From positions 4,224,001 through 4,288,000 of the forward strand of contig OY762428.1 of NCBI GenBank assembly GCA_963665665.1: a stretch of 64,000 nt of DNA, given 5' to 3'. Origin of the DNA: Candidatus Kapaibacterium sp. Lineage in GTDB: Bacteria; Bacteroidota; Ignavibacteria; Kapaibacteriales; UBA2268. Made by a program: the position numbers and the translations under genes. Position 1 is the first letter of the stretch. The number at the start of each line of letters is the position of its first letter. The notes beneath the pieces are model-generated. The model searched no databases, had not been told where the DNA came from, and saw only the letters and a list, made by a program, of their open reading frames with translations. This document shows, in pieces, positions 29,615-38,835 of this stretch.

Positions 29615-29956
29615 TTGACAAAAGAGGAAATGAAAGAATTTGCAAAAATTCTTGTTCAAACAATAGAAGAAGAGCATTCTGCTGAACTCGCACCGAAATG
29701 GGAGGGAGGCTCAGTTTTTATTATGCCCGGAGAACCGGGTACGAAAGAACACGAGATAACAATTGACAGGTTAATGCACAAAATTGTAATGATTAGAAAT
29801 AACCTGAGGGTTCTTGAGCAGAATATTAATTCTTCTGAATCATTAAGCGAGGGAGAGAAAGTAAAAATGCAAAATTATATAACTAAATGTTATGGTTCAT
29901 TAACTTCTTTTAATTTTATGTTTTATAACGATGCAGATAAGTTTACATCTAAATAA
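29615..29956 (+). CDS. Conserved hypothetical protein
   Basis: AAGGAG RBS before TTG; KWEGG...HKIVMIRNNLRVLEQNINS...YITKCYGSLTSFN; 13 nt after REC-CheD. Confidence 0.75.
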   Translation: MTKEEMKEFAKILVQTIEEEHSAELAPKWEGGSVFIMPGEPGTKEHEITIDRLMHKIVMIRNNLRVLEQNINSSESLSEGEKVKMQNYITKCYGSLTSFNFMFYNDADKFTSK

Positions 29957-30172
29957 ATGATACTGATTTGCTTGGGCATTGTTATTAGCATTTAAAAATA
30001 TATTTCATTATTCTGCAATTAAATTAAAAACAATATCGATATTTAGCTGGGGCTAATTTGGTAAGTATATTGGCCTAATAGATTTAAAAAATATTCTTCT
30101 TGGGCAATATTAAAAAAAGTGCTATATTGAAACAGATGGATTCTGGGTTGTTTGTTTATTTGGAGAATTTAT

Positions 30173-31861
30173 ATGAGAGTAATTTACAAAAACTTCTCAT
30201 TCGCTATCGCTTCATTCATTTTGTTATTCGGGGTTGTTGCTCTTATTGCTTCCGGCAGTGGAATAAAGCAAGAGTATGAATCTCCGGATAAGCATTTGGA
30301 TGACAGTAAGAAGAAGAAGAAGGAGAAACTTACTACTGCCGATCACAGTACTTACGAGATTCTGCAGAAGGAATTTAAAACTCCCGAAGAGGTTACCGAA
30401 GCATGTCTGACTTGCCACGTGGAAGCTGCAAAACAGATAATGGGTACCATTCACTGGACCTGGGTATGCCCAAAGTCCAAGAATAAAACTATCGGGAAGT
30501 CAACAGTTATTAATAATTTCTGCATGGCTTTGCCGTCCAACGAACCGAGATGTACCAGCTGCCACTCGGGGTATGGCTGGAAAGATAAGAATTTCGATTT
30601 TAATGCTGAAAATAAGGTGGATTGCCTGGTGTGCCATGACCAGACAAAGACTTATAAGAAGTTTCCTACAGGTGCTGGCTATCCTGTAAAGGATACTACT
30701 GTTTTCAAAGGGAACGGCAAAACTTACCTGCCACCCGACTATAATTATGTGGCACAGAATATTGGCAAACCGACAAGGTACAACTGCGGTACCTGTCACT
30801 ATTTTGGTGGTGGCGGTAATAAAGTAAAGCATGGCGACCTGGATGTTGCGCTGAATGCCTGCTCGGTTGATATTGATGTTCACATGGCAAAAGATTCGCT
30901 CAATTTTGAATGTATTACATGCCATACAACTGAAAATCACAGAATTTCCGGCCGTTGCTATGCAACTCCCGCAGCCAAGGAAAAGGCTCTTCACTTTCCT
31001 ATGAAACCTGATGAATCTACAAGGATTTTCTGCGAATCTTGTCACGGCAATCATCCGCATGATTATCAGAAAATTAATGACCATGCAGATAAAGTTGCAT
31101 GCCAGACTTGCCATATTCCTGTTATGGCCAAAGCTAATCCTACCAAAATGTGGTGGGACTGGTCCAAAGCCGGACAGAAGAACGAAAAAGGCAAGCCCAT
31201 GAAGAAAAAAGAAATGCTTGATGCCGATCATGAAGTAGTTGTTTATGACGGTAAAAAAGGAGAGTTTAAGTGGGCAAGGAATTTAGAGCCTGAGTATTTC
31301 TGGTATAATGGATCGATCTCGGCTACTACTGTTTCTGATAAGATAAATCCCGACACAATTGTTCAGGTGAACAAGGTGCATGGGGATTATAATGATCCTG
31401 ATGCAAGGATATTTCCGTTCAAAGTCCACCGGGGTAAGCAGCCTTACGATGCAGTAAATAATACTTTTGTGGTTCCAAAATTATTTGGCAAAAAAGGAAG
31501 CGGAGCATATTGGGCTCATTTCGACTGGGGCAAAGCTATTGAAGTTGGAATGGAATATACGGGTGCTCCTTACAGCGGCAAGTATGACTTCGTTGAAACC
31601 GAGATGTACTGGCTTGTTTCCCACATGGTTTCTCCTAAAGAACAATCTTTGAAATGTGAGGATTGCCATTCATCAACTGACAGCCGCCTGAAAAATCTTG
31701 CAGGGTTTTATATGCCTGCCCGGGATAATAGTTCGGTTATTGACTGGATGGGTATAATTTTAATTATTCTTGCATTTGGCGGTGTTGTTATTCATGGTGG
31801 TTTCCGTCTGGCTTTCAAATCTAAAAATGGTTCACACGCAAAAGGAGGCGATAATGAGTAA
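30173..31861 (+). CDS. otr: Octaheme c-type cytochrome, tetrathionate reductase (OTR) family
   Basis: Eight CxxCH motifs (CLTCH, CTSCH, CLVCH, CGTCH, CITCH, CESCH, CQTCH, CEDCH); TADHS, INNFC, GGGNKVKHGDLD; N-terminal signal and C-terminal TM. Confidence 0.9.
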   Translation: MRVIYKNFSFAIASFILLFGVVALIASGSGIKQEYESPDKHLDDSKKKKKEKLTTADHSTYEILQKEFKTPEEVTEACLTCHVEAAKQIMGTIHWTWVCPKSKNKTIGKSTVINNFCMALPSNEPRCTSCHSGYGWKDKNFDFNAENKVDCLVCHDQTKTYKKFPTGAGYPVKDTTVFKGNGKTYLPPDYNYVAQNIGKPTRYNCGTCHYFGGGGNKVKHGDLDVALNACSVDIDVHMAKDSLNFECITCHTTENHRISGRCYATPAAKEKALHFPMKPDESTRIFCESCHGNHPHDYQKINDHADKVACQTCHIPVMAKANPTKMWWDWSKAGQKNEKGKPMKKKEMLDADHEVVVYDGKKGEFKWARNLEPEYFWYNGSISATTVSDKINPDTIVQVNKVHGDYNDPDARIFPFKVHRGKQPYDAVNNTFVVPKLFGKKGSGAYWAHFDWGKAIEVGMEYTGAPYSGKYDFVETEMYWLVSHMVSPKEQSLKCEDCHSSTDSRLKNLAGFYMPARDNSSVIDWMGIILIILAFGGVVIHGGFRLAFKSKNGSHAKGGDNE

Positions 31862-32453
31862 AGTAAAAATTTATAAGAGATTTGAAAGATTTTGGCACTG
31901 GATGCAGGCTTTACTTGTTATTCTGCTTGTTGTTACCGGATTTGAAATACATGGAACATGGACTGTTTTCGGTTTTGAACAGGCCGTTAATATGCATAAT
32001 TATCTTGCATATACGCTAATCGTGCTTGTTGCTTTTGCAATTTTCTGGCATTTTACTACCGGAGAATGGAGACAATACCTGCCAACAAGAAAGTATATGA
32101 AAGAAATGGTCAGGTTCTATGTATCAGGTATTTTCAAAGGAGAGAACCATCCGGGAAGGAAGACTGAGATATCGAAGTTGAATCCACTTCAAAGAGTAAC
32201 ATACCTTATGCTAAAAATATTTCTTTTTCCGGTTCAGATAACTACAGGTTTAATATACCTTTACTATAATGATCTGGATATAAGCCTTGCCACGGTTGCA
32301 ATCCTGCATACAATAGGTGCTTTTGTATTTATTGCATTTGTTATAGTGCATATTTATCTTACAACTACAGGGCATACTCCTTCTTCAAATATCAAAGCTA
32401 TGATCAGTGGCTGGGAAGACCTTGATGAAGGCCATCTGCTGGAAAAGAAATAA
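31854..32453 (+). CDS. Membrane cytochrome b subunit (Ni-hydrogenase/FdnI-type)
   Basis: AGGAGG RBS; FERFWHW, NMHN, NPLQR, LHT and VHIYL heme-ligand His residues; 4 TMs; overlaps the otr stop. Confidence 0.9.
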   Translation: MSKVKIYKRFERFWHWMQALLVILLVVTGFEIHGTWTVFGFEQAVNMHNYLAYTLIVLVAFAIFWHFTTGEWRQYLPTRKYMKEMVRFYVSGIFKGENHPGRKTEISKLNPLQRVTYLMLKIFLFPVQITTGLIYLYYNDLDISLATVAILHTIGAFVFIAFVIVHIYLTTTGHTPSSNIKAMISGWEDLDEGHLLEKK

Positions 32454-32475
32454 TTCAATTGAAATCTTCTAATTT

Positions 32476-32501
32476 GCCCCGTCAATTTGGCGGGGTTTTT
32501 T
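32476..32501 (+). terminator. Intrinsic terminator
   Basis: gccccgtc...ggcggggt GC-rich stem plus T run. Confidence 0.75.
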
Positions 32502-32621
32502 ATTTTTTCGGGGACAAAATATTATCATTTCACAATTTTTCTATAATCGAACTTGAGTTTGATATTAATTATTTGTATCTTATCCTTAGTATAATTTATC
32601 TAATAAGATACATGGCTTAAT

Positions 32622-33818
32622 ATGAAAGATTTTCCGGTAATAGTAATACAAGATGAAGGGAACGAAGATAGCTCCCTCAGAAATGTTGTCAGGAAAATGT
32701 TTTCGGGCCATGATATTAAATTTTTCAGCGACCTTATCAAAGGGTTTCAGCATATAAAGAATAAACCCCAGAGCTGCTTGTTTGTGAGCGATGCAATAGT
32801 TAACGGGCTGGATGCTGTTCGCTTCCTGATAAAGATACGTTCTATGCCGGTATTCCGGGGTTTGTATTTTATTATTATGAATAACACCGGTAAGCCGGAT
32901 GCCAACCTTAAGGCACTGAAAGCGGATGTTGACGATATTATTATGAAACCGGCCTCGATAGACAGGTATATTCTTCGGTTTAGGACTGCATCAAAAATAT
33001 TGAATCTTAAATCAGACAGTATGGATAAGACTATCAGTGTGCAACTGCTGATGAAAAAGCTTGATGAGGATGCTGAACGTGAATTAAAATTGCTCAAGAT
33101 GTTTCAAAAATCTAAATTGCCTGAATTTTATAAATATATGCCTCAGATTCTTGAAGCTGTTCAATTCATCGCAAGATTTTATAATGAAGATTCAAAACCT
33201 GATAAAGATTTACTAATTAAAGCTGCGGAATTTAGTTTTTCCGGAAGGATGAAACTGCCCGGAGCAATAAAATATCAGACTGTTTACGAACACGGCATGA
33301 TACGGGGAGATGAGTTTCGACAGATACCGCACCAGGCTAAAAGGTTTTTTGATGAAATCCATGGCGCTGAAGATATTGGAAATATCCTATTCCAGGTTTA
33401 TGAAAACTGGGACGGAACCGGGATACCCAAGAAATTGAGAGCCAACCAGATTGCACTTGAAGCAAGAATAATCAGAGTTGTTACCGATTATTGTGAATTT
33501 TATCGCAGATTTAACAAGAAAGAACAACTTGCAAGGGAAGAACTTTTTAATAATTCAAAGAAATTGTACGACTTTAAAATAGTTGCTTTACTGGATCAAT
33601 ATCTTGCTTATTTATCAAGCAGGAAAAAGCCCGCTCCGGAGAAACGTATTGAGCTTTTTGCACTGGATCCCGGTATGGTTTTGACAAGATCAATAATCAG
33701 CGAATGTGGCAATACTTTGATAGGAGCAGGCGCAAAGCTTGATGAGAAAAGTATTGACAGGCTTATCGCAATGAGTAATAAAGAAAAAATCATCGGGCAC
33801 ATTTACATTAAAAAGTAA
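32622..33818 (+). CDS. Receiver domain plus degenerate HD-GYP domain protein
   Basis: Atypical REC (VSD...MKP); YENWDGTGIP..L..NQIALEARIIRV resembles HD-GYP but lacks HD; C-terminal LDPGMVL..SI...G..LI..G tail. Confidence 0.75.
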   Translation: MKDFPVIVIQDEGNEDSSLRNVVRKMFSGHDIKFFSDLIKGFQHIKNKPQSCLFVSDAIVNGLDAVRFLIKIRSMPVFRGLYFIIMNNTGKPDANLKALKADVDDIIMKPASIDRYILRFRTASKILNLKSDSMDKTISVQLLMKKLDEDAERELKLLKMFQKSKLPEFYKYMPQILEAVQFIARFYNEDSKPDKDLLIKAAEFSFSGRMKLPGAIKYQTVYEHGMIRGDEFRQIPHQAKRFFDEIHGAEDIGNILFQVYENWDGTGIPKKLRANQIALEARIIRVVTDYCEFYRRFNKKEQLAREELFNNSKKLYDFKIVALLDQYLAYLSSRKKPAPEKRIELFALDPGMVLTRSIISECGNTLIGAGAKLDEKSIDRLIAMSNKEKIIGHIYIKK

Positions 33819-33888
33819 GTACTTTTTTGATTCAATTTATATCCTTATTTTTACAATTACTAAAAATTAAAAAATCGGGGAATTGTAT

Positions 33889-34593
33889 ATGAATTACGAA
33901 GCACTTTTCAAACTTTCTTACGGTTTATATATAGTTTCTGCAAAGCACGGCGATATTAAAAACGGATATATCGCAAATACCGTATTCCAGGTTACAGCTG
34001 AACCGCCTCAGCTGGCTATATCATGCAGCAAGGATAATTTTTCTGAAAAACTGATTCGGGATAGTGGAAAATTCTCAGTCTCGATTTTGAGAGAGAATGC
34101 TGACTCTTCCCTAATTGGTAATTTCGGGTATAAAAGCGGGAGAGAAATTAATAAGTTTATCGGCATTGACTACTTTGTATCATCGGAGGATATTCCGGTT
34201 GTAATGGATAATTGTGTGGCCTGGTTTACCTGTGAAATAACTCAGATTGTTGATGTTGATACTCATACACTTTTTATCGGGCGTATTATCAATAATGATC
34301 TTCTTTCAGCCAAAAAACCTTTGACTTATGATTATTACCGGAATGTGAAGAAAGCAAAATCCCCGAAAAATGCCCCGACTTATATTGATGAATCAAAGTT
34401 AAGCAAAAATATTGATGTTAAGACATCTGATTCTCTGAGATATGAATGCCCGGCTTGTGGGTATGTATATAATTCCGTTTTGGGAAATCCGGATGGAGGT
34501 ATAGCTCCCGGAACAAAATTTGAAGACATTCCTGACGATTGGGAATGCCCGATATGCGGTATAGGAAAAGAAGATTTTGAACAAGTTTTATAA
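33889..34593 (+). CDS. Flavin reductase-rubredoxin fusion (high-molecular-weight rubredoxin-like)
   Basis: [30 protein letters not shown]; C-terminal CPACGYVY...WECPICG. Confidence 0.9.
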   Translation: MNYEALFKLSYGLYIVSAKHGDIKNGYIANTVFQVTAEPPQLAISCSKDNFSEKLIRDSGKFSVSILRENADSSLIGNFGYKSGREINKFIGIDYFVSSEDIPVVMDNCVAWFTCEITQIVDVDTHTLFIGRIINNDLLSAKKPLTYDYYRNVKKAKSPKNAPTYIDESKLSKNIDVKTSDSLRYECPACGYVYNSVLGNPDGGIAPGTKFEDIPDDWECPICGIGKEDFEQVL

Positions 34594-34620
34594 ATTATTT
34601 TAGTAACATGAGGTGAAGAT

Positions 34621-35196
34621 ATGGCTTCTTTGAAAGGAACAAAAACAGAACAGAATCTGCTTAAAGCTTTTGCCGGTGAATCACAGGCAAGAATGCGTTA
34701 CGACTATTTTGCAAAAAAGGCTAAAAAGGAAGGCCTTGAACAGATAGCGGCAATATTTGAAGAAACTGCACTAAATGAAATGCAGCATGCTAAAACATTC
34801 TTCCGTTTCCTTGAAGGTGGGATGGTTGAAATTACAGCTGCTTATCCTGCAGGAGTTATCGGAACAACAATGGAAAACCTGAAAGCTTCGGCTGACGGCG
34901 AAAATGAAGAATGGACTGAACTTTATCCTGAGTTTGCAAAAATTGCTGAAGAAGAAGGTTTCAAAGAAGTGGCTACTGCTTTCAAACTTATTGCAAAAGT
35001 TGAAAAAGCTCACGAAGAACGCTATCGTACTCTTTACGATAATCTTGAATCTGGCAAAATTTTCAAACGTGAAGATAAATATATCTGGAAATGCCGTAAG
35101 TGCGGATATATTCACGAAGGTAAGAGCGCTCCTAAGATGTGCCCGTGCTGTCAGCATCCCCAGGGATATTTCGAGATCAAAGAGTCAAATTATTAA
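34621..35196 (+). CDS. rbr: Rubrerythrin
   Basis: [26 protein letters not shown]; C-terminal CRKCG...CPCC. Confidence 0.95.
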   Translation: MASLKGTKTEQNLLKAFAGESQARMRYDYFAKKAKKEGLEQIAAIFEETALNEMQHAKTFFRFLEGGMVEITAAYPAGVIGTTMENLKASADGENEEWTELYPEFAKIAEEEGFKEVATAFKLIAKVEKAHEERYRTLYDNLESGKIFKREDKYIWKCRKCGYIHEGKSAPKMCPCCQHPQGYFEIKESNY

Positions 35197-35212
35197 TCGT
35201 TATTAAGCTTGG

Positions 35213-35250
35213 TACTGCTTCCTGTTTCAGGAACGGGAAGCAGTATTTTT
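35213..35250 (+). terminator. Intrinsic terminator
   Basis: tactgcttcctgtt...aacgggaagcagta long stem plus T run. Confidence 0.8.
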
Positions 35251-35302
35251 GTTTCATGAAAAGGACAATCAATTCTGAAATAATTATTTGCATTCGATAG
35301 TT

Positions 35303-36358
35303 ATGAAAAATATCATCAATATGTATTTCGCTACCCACAAAACCTGCAACCTGAGGTGCAGATATTGTTATGTGCCGGAATATAATAAAAATACTGAAAA
35401 AATTATCGATGATGATATTATTAGCGCCCTGAAAGATTTTATTTATAAAGCTGAATCGGAAAATTATAGAATTGGCAGTTTTTGCCTACACGGTGCCGAA
35501 CCAAGCCTGATGAAGGCCGAAACAATGGCTGAATGTCAGCAGTTGATAGCTGCTCACAGGACGGGGCAGGGGATAGGCAACTATCAGATTGCAGTTCAAA
35601 GTAATGGTGTGAACTTTACTCCGGAATACTTAAAAAAATTGGAGGACATTACCGGAAAGATAGATGCTGTAAAACTTGGATTTTCTATTGATCCGCCTAA
35701 AGAAAATCATGATTATTATAGAAATAATAGCTACGACAAAGTATTTTCGAATTACCTTTATGCTCATGAAAAAGGTTTTCCGGTTTCGGTACTTAGTGTG
35801 GTCAGCAGAAAAACAATGAAATATCTCAATGAATTTAAAATATGGATGAAAGAGCAACTCCGCAGAAAAGAAAAGTATGGAAATCCCTACAAGGTAAAGC
35901 TAAAACTTGCAACTGGTGCGGAAGCCCTTAATGAAAGTGAAATTGAAAGATTTGCAGATTTCCTGATAGAGAATGATCTGACCAAGCTAATGCAGATACT
36001 AAGCCCGGGATATTGCCTGCAGAGCGGAAACGAATGCGAGTGGTTCGAATTTGGAATTGACGGTGCTGCGTACTCCTGCAATAAAAGCTATTTCGATGAA
36101 GGAATTTTTGCAAACTGGAAGGAGCAATGCTTTGATGAAATTTTCCAGAAAAGGAGAATCCTTTTCGAAGATTACCCAGTGCATGAAGATTGTTCGAAAT
36201 GTATGTATGAATTCCTGTGCAATAGCGGCTGCCCCATTGACCGTTACAAGAAGGGAATAATGAAAGGAAAGGCTCACGAATGTACGATAATCCGGAAGGT
36301 TTACAATGAAATTGATAAAAGGGGAATCCATATTGTAGATTATTTTGAAGATGAATAG
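35303..36358 (+). CDS. Radical SAM/SPASM protein (anaerobic sulfatase maturase-like)
   Basis: CNLRCRYC, HGAEP, QSNG, FSIDPP..NHDYYR; SPASM cysteines C-x5-C...G-x4-C...CxxC-x5-CxxxC...C. Confidence 0.88.
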   Translation: MKNIINMYFATHKTCNLRCRYCYVPEYNKNTEKIIDDDIISALKDFIYKAESENYRIGSFCLHGAEPSLMKAETMAECQQLIAAHRTGQGIGNYQIAVQSNGVNFTPEYLKKLEDITGKIDAVKLGFSIDPPKENHDYYRNNSYDKVFSNYLYAHEKGFPVSVLSVVSRKTMKYLNEFKIWMKEQLRRKEKYGNPYKVKLKLATGAEALNESEIERFADFLIENDLTKLMQILSPGYCLQSGNECEWFEFGIDGAAYSCNKSYFDEGIFANWKEQCFDEIFQKRRILFEDYPVHEDCSKCMYEFLCNSGCPIDRYKKGIMKGKAHECTIIRKVYNEIDKRGIHIVDYFEDE

Positions 36359-36434
36359 GTGGTTTTTCTTTTTAAAATGCAGGAATTTATTTATTTTATA
36401 AAAAAATTGTTGAACAATACAAATTTTATCTGAT

Positions 36435-37169
36435 ATGAAAAAATTATTGATGATACCCCTGCTTTTGATTATTTCCTTGTCTGATTCCTACTCCATTGAT
36501 CTGAAAAAACTGCAACTTGGAATTTCAATGGGCTATACACCCGGCATTAACGATGTTTTTATACATGACAATTCCTCGTGCCATGACTATTGTCCTGCCA
36601 GGGACTATGTGGATGAAACATTTCATGGAATTTATTTTGGAGCTACCATCAGGTATAATCTTTACGAAGGTGAAAAAACGAGTCATAATTTGATTATAAG
36701 GCCGGTTTACGAATCTTACAGTTCCGACAAGCAAAAAGTCAATCCTCAAATGGTTATTTTAAACGGCGAAACATTCCAGGCGAATTTCTATCGAGATTTA
36801 GAGCTTAATTTAAGTTACATTAATTTGGATCTACTTTATAGTTTTGATTTCGCTAATAAGCATATTGGAATTTTCACAGGCGTTTCCTTTGCTTATATTT
36901 TAGACCATGATTATTTTCTTACAGAAGAAAGAGCAAATGCATACGGAAATGTTTTTGTTGGTGCAGGTGCCCAGGCAGGGGATTTAGATGATACTGAAAA
37001 ATTTTCGCCTACTTTTGTATTCGGTTTTGAATTCCCGTTCGATTATTGGAAAATCCATATTATACCAAACGCTTTGCTGCGCTATCCTCACCGAATTATT
37101 AACAGGGAACTTGAATGGGATTTCATGTCCTACAGGCTGGGCGTTGACCTTATGTTTTATTTGAAATAA
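36435..37169 (+). CDS. Outer-membrane beta-barrel protein
   Basis: Signal peptide; beta-strand pattern; C-terminal LGVDLMFYLK. Confidence 0.65.
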   Translation: MKKLLMIPLLLIISLSDSYSIDLKKLQLGISMGYTPGINDVFIHDNSSCHDYCPARDYVDETFHGIYFGATIRYNLYEGEKTSHNLIIRPVYESYSSDKQKVNPQMVILNGETFQANFYRDLELNLSYINLDLLYSFDFANKHIGIFTGVSFAYILDHDYFLTEERANAYGNVFVGAGAQAGDLDDTEKFSPTFVFGFEFPFDYWKIHIIPNALLRYPHRIINRELEWDFMSYRLGVDLMFYLK

Positions 37170-37424
37170 TTTTACAATTAGTAAAATATTTGAAATTATG
37201 TTACAACTCAGCTAAGATGATATTTTTTTGTATTAAATTGAATAATTGCAAAATTGTCGCTTTGATGTGTGAAGCGACTGAAAAATCCACTTGTTTTTTA
37301 TTATTTTTTAAAACATCTAACATATTTTTATCTTTATGCAGAGTAGTTACGAAAATTTCATATATTTGTTCAGAAATTTAAATCTATTTTTTATTAGAAT
37401 TAATCATATTTTAAGAGTTTATTT

Positions 37425-38330
37425 ATGGTACGCTTAAATCAAAAAACATTGATCTCAATACTGTCTTTTATGCTAATTGTTCTTACATCGTGCGATGACT
37501 CAGGAACTTCTAATGAAACACCAGACCCGGTAGTTCCCGATCCTGTTTCTAACTTGCAGGCTACCTCTGACCATAGGAGTATCCTCGTAAAATGGGATGC
37601 ATCACCTTCTGAAACTAATGATCTGTTTAAGGAGTATCTTGTTACAATTATGCCTGGAGATATAACGTATTCATTCAACGAATCAAATGTTAGTCATAAA
37701 TTAGGCGGATTAGTTGGAGGTAAGGTTTATACTATTAAAGTAAAAACTATATATACAAATAATGAAGAAAGTACAGAAACTCTTGTTCAATGGTCACCGG
37801 CAACACGTGAATTCTTTGACGATAATTTGTCTGATATAAAACTTCATGAATATCAATCCCAATTGGGTAGTGGCCTTGATTTTCACTATACTGATGATGG
37901 ATACACCAGCCCGAAAATATGCAATACTACTGAATGGGAATTGTGGGATCTCGGTTTAAATACTGCTGACGGAAAATTTGTTATTGCCTCTCCGACGTTG
38001 ATAGGCTGGCAGTCCCTTGAAGGTAAAGACATGAAAAGTGTTGAAATAGCAGAACAGGTTATACTGGCGGAATCACTTGACGAAGTATTTCATTCAAAAG
38101 CTTTGGACCAAACTTATTCATTCGACACGAGGGAGATTGATTTGAATGCTTACAATAGCAGCATTGTAATAATTTGCAGAGTTATGGAACCTGGTGAGAC
38201 CGAATTTACCTATGTAAAATTATTGATCAAATACGTAGATGGAAGTTTTTTTCAGGGTGAAGCCCCGGACAGATATGTTGAAGTAGAAGAAATTTCATAT
38301 CAAGATAAACCTGGAGTACCTTACGCGTGA
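37425..38330 (+). CDS. Lipoprotein with fibronectin type III domain
   Basis: Lipobox LTSC; PDPVSNLQATS...VKWDASP...GL.GG..YTIKV FN3 pattern. Confidence 0.75.
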   Translation: MVRLNQKTLISILSFMLIVLTSCDDSGTSNETPDPVVPDPVSNLQATSDHRSILVKWDASPSETNDLFKEYLVTIMPGDITYSFNESNVSHKLGGLVGGKVYTIKVKTIYTNNEESTETLVQWSPATREFFDDNLSDIKLHEYQSQLGSGLDFHYTDDGYTSPKICNTTEWELWDLGLNTADGKFVIASPTLIGWQSLEGKDMKSVEIAEQVILAESLDEVFHSKALDQTYSFDTREIDLNAYNSSIVIICRVMEPGETEFTYVKLLIKYVDGSFFQGEAPDRYVEVEEISYQDKPGVPYA

Positions 38331-38835
38331 ATTGATAATCAGCCATATACAAAAAGCGATGTAAGTGAAATATTTGCTGTAGCATTCTAACCTTACTCGG
38401 AGTTAAAACTTACTGTTATATTGAATTTTACTATATTCCGTGTATTGATACCCAAGGAAACCCGGATATTGATTTCGATTCATGAATTTAATCTTTTCTT
38501 GTAATTATTGTTGTTATGTTTTATTCCAAAAAATTAAACTATCCGGGTTTAACTATTTCATTAATATTTATTGTACTTTTATAAAATATACCAATGGCCT
38601 CCAGCCTATTTGAATTTTTTCTACCCAATATATGAATCTGTTATCAAAGTTTGTTTTGTGGCATTATCTTGTGCTTTATAATAGGATTGTCAGAGTATTA
38701 ATTTAAAAGTTTGATGCCCTGCTACAGAATATTTAGGGTGATTTTACAATTTCAAAAATATTTTCTATAAATTTGTAATCTTTTCAGGCTACAGAGTGTC
38801 TATATCCTGAAGGAAACATAATAAAAGGGAATACC

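Noticed and set aside
30500-31231. 243-aa antisense ORF inside otr, and the many other short shadow ORFs in the track
   Set aside because: They overlap well-supported genes on the opposite strand or in another frame and have no recognisable motifs.
31770-31853. Longer TTG start for cytochrome b
   Set aside because: ATG at 31854 has an AGGAGG RBS and matches the family N-terminus.
36570-36610. Sulfatase-type formylglycine motif (YCPAR) in the barrel next to the anSME-like enzyme
   Set aside because: Spacing is C-P-A-R, not C-x-P-x-R or C-x-A-x-R, and the protein is not a sulfatase.
38328-38390. Selenocysteine or readthrough at the TGA ending the FN3 lipoprotein
   Set aside because: No redox-motif context or evident SECIS hairpin; the extension is short and featureless.
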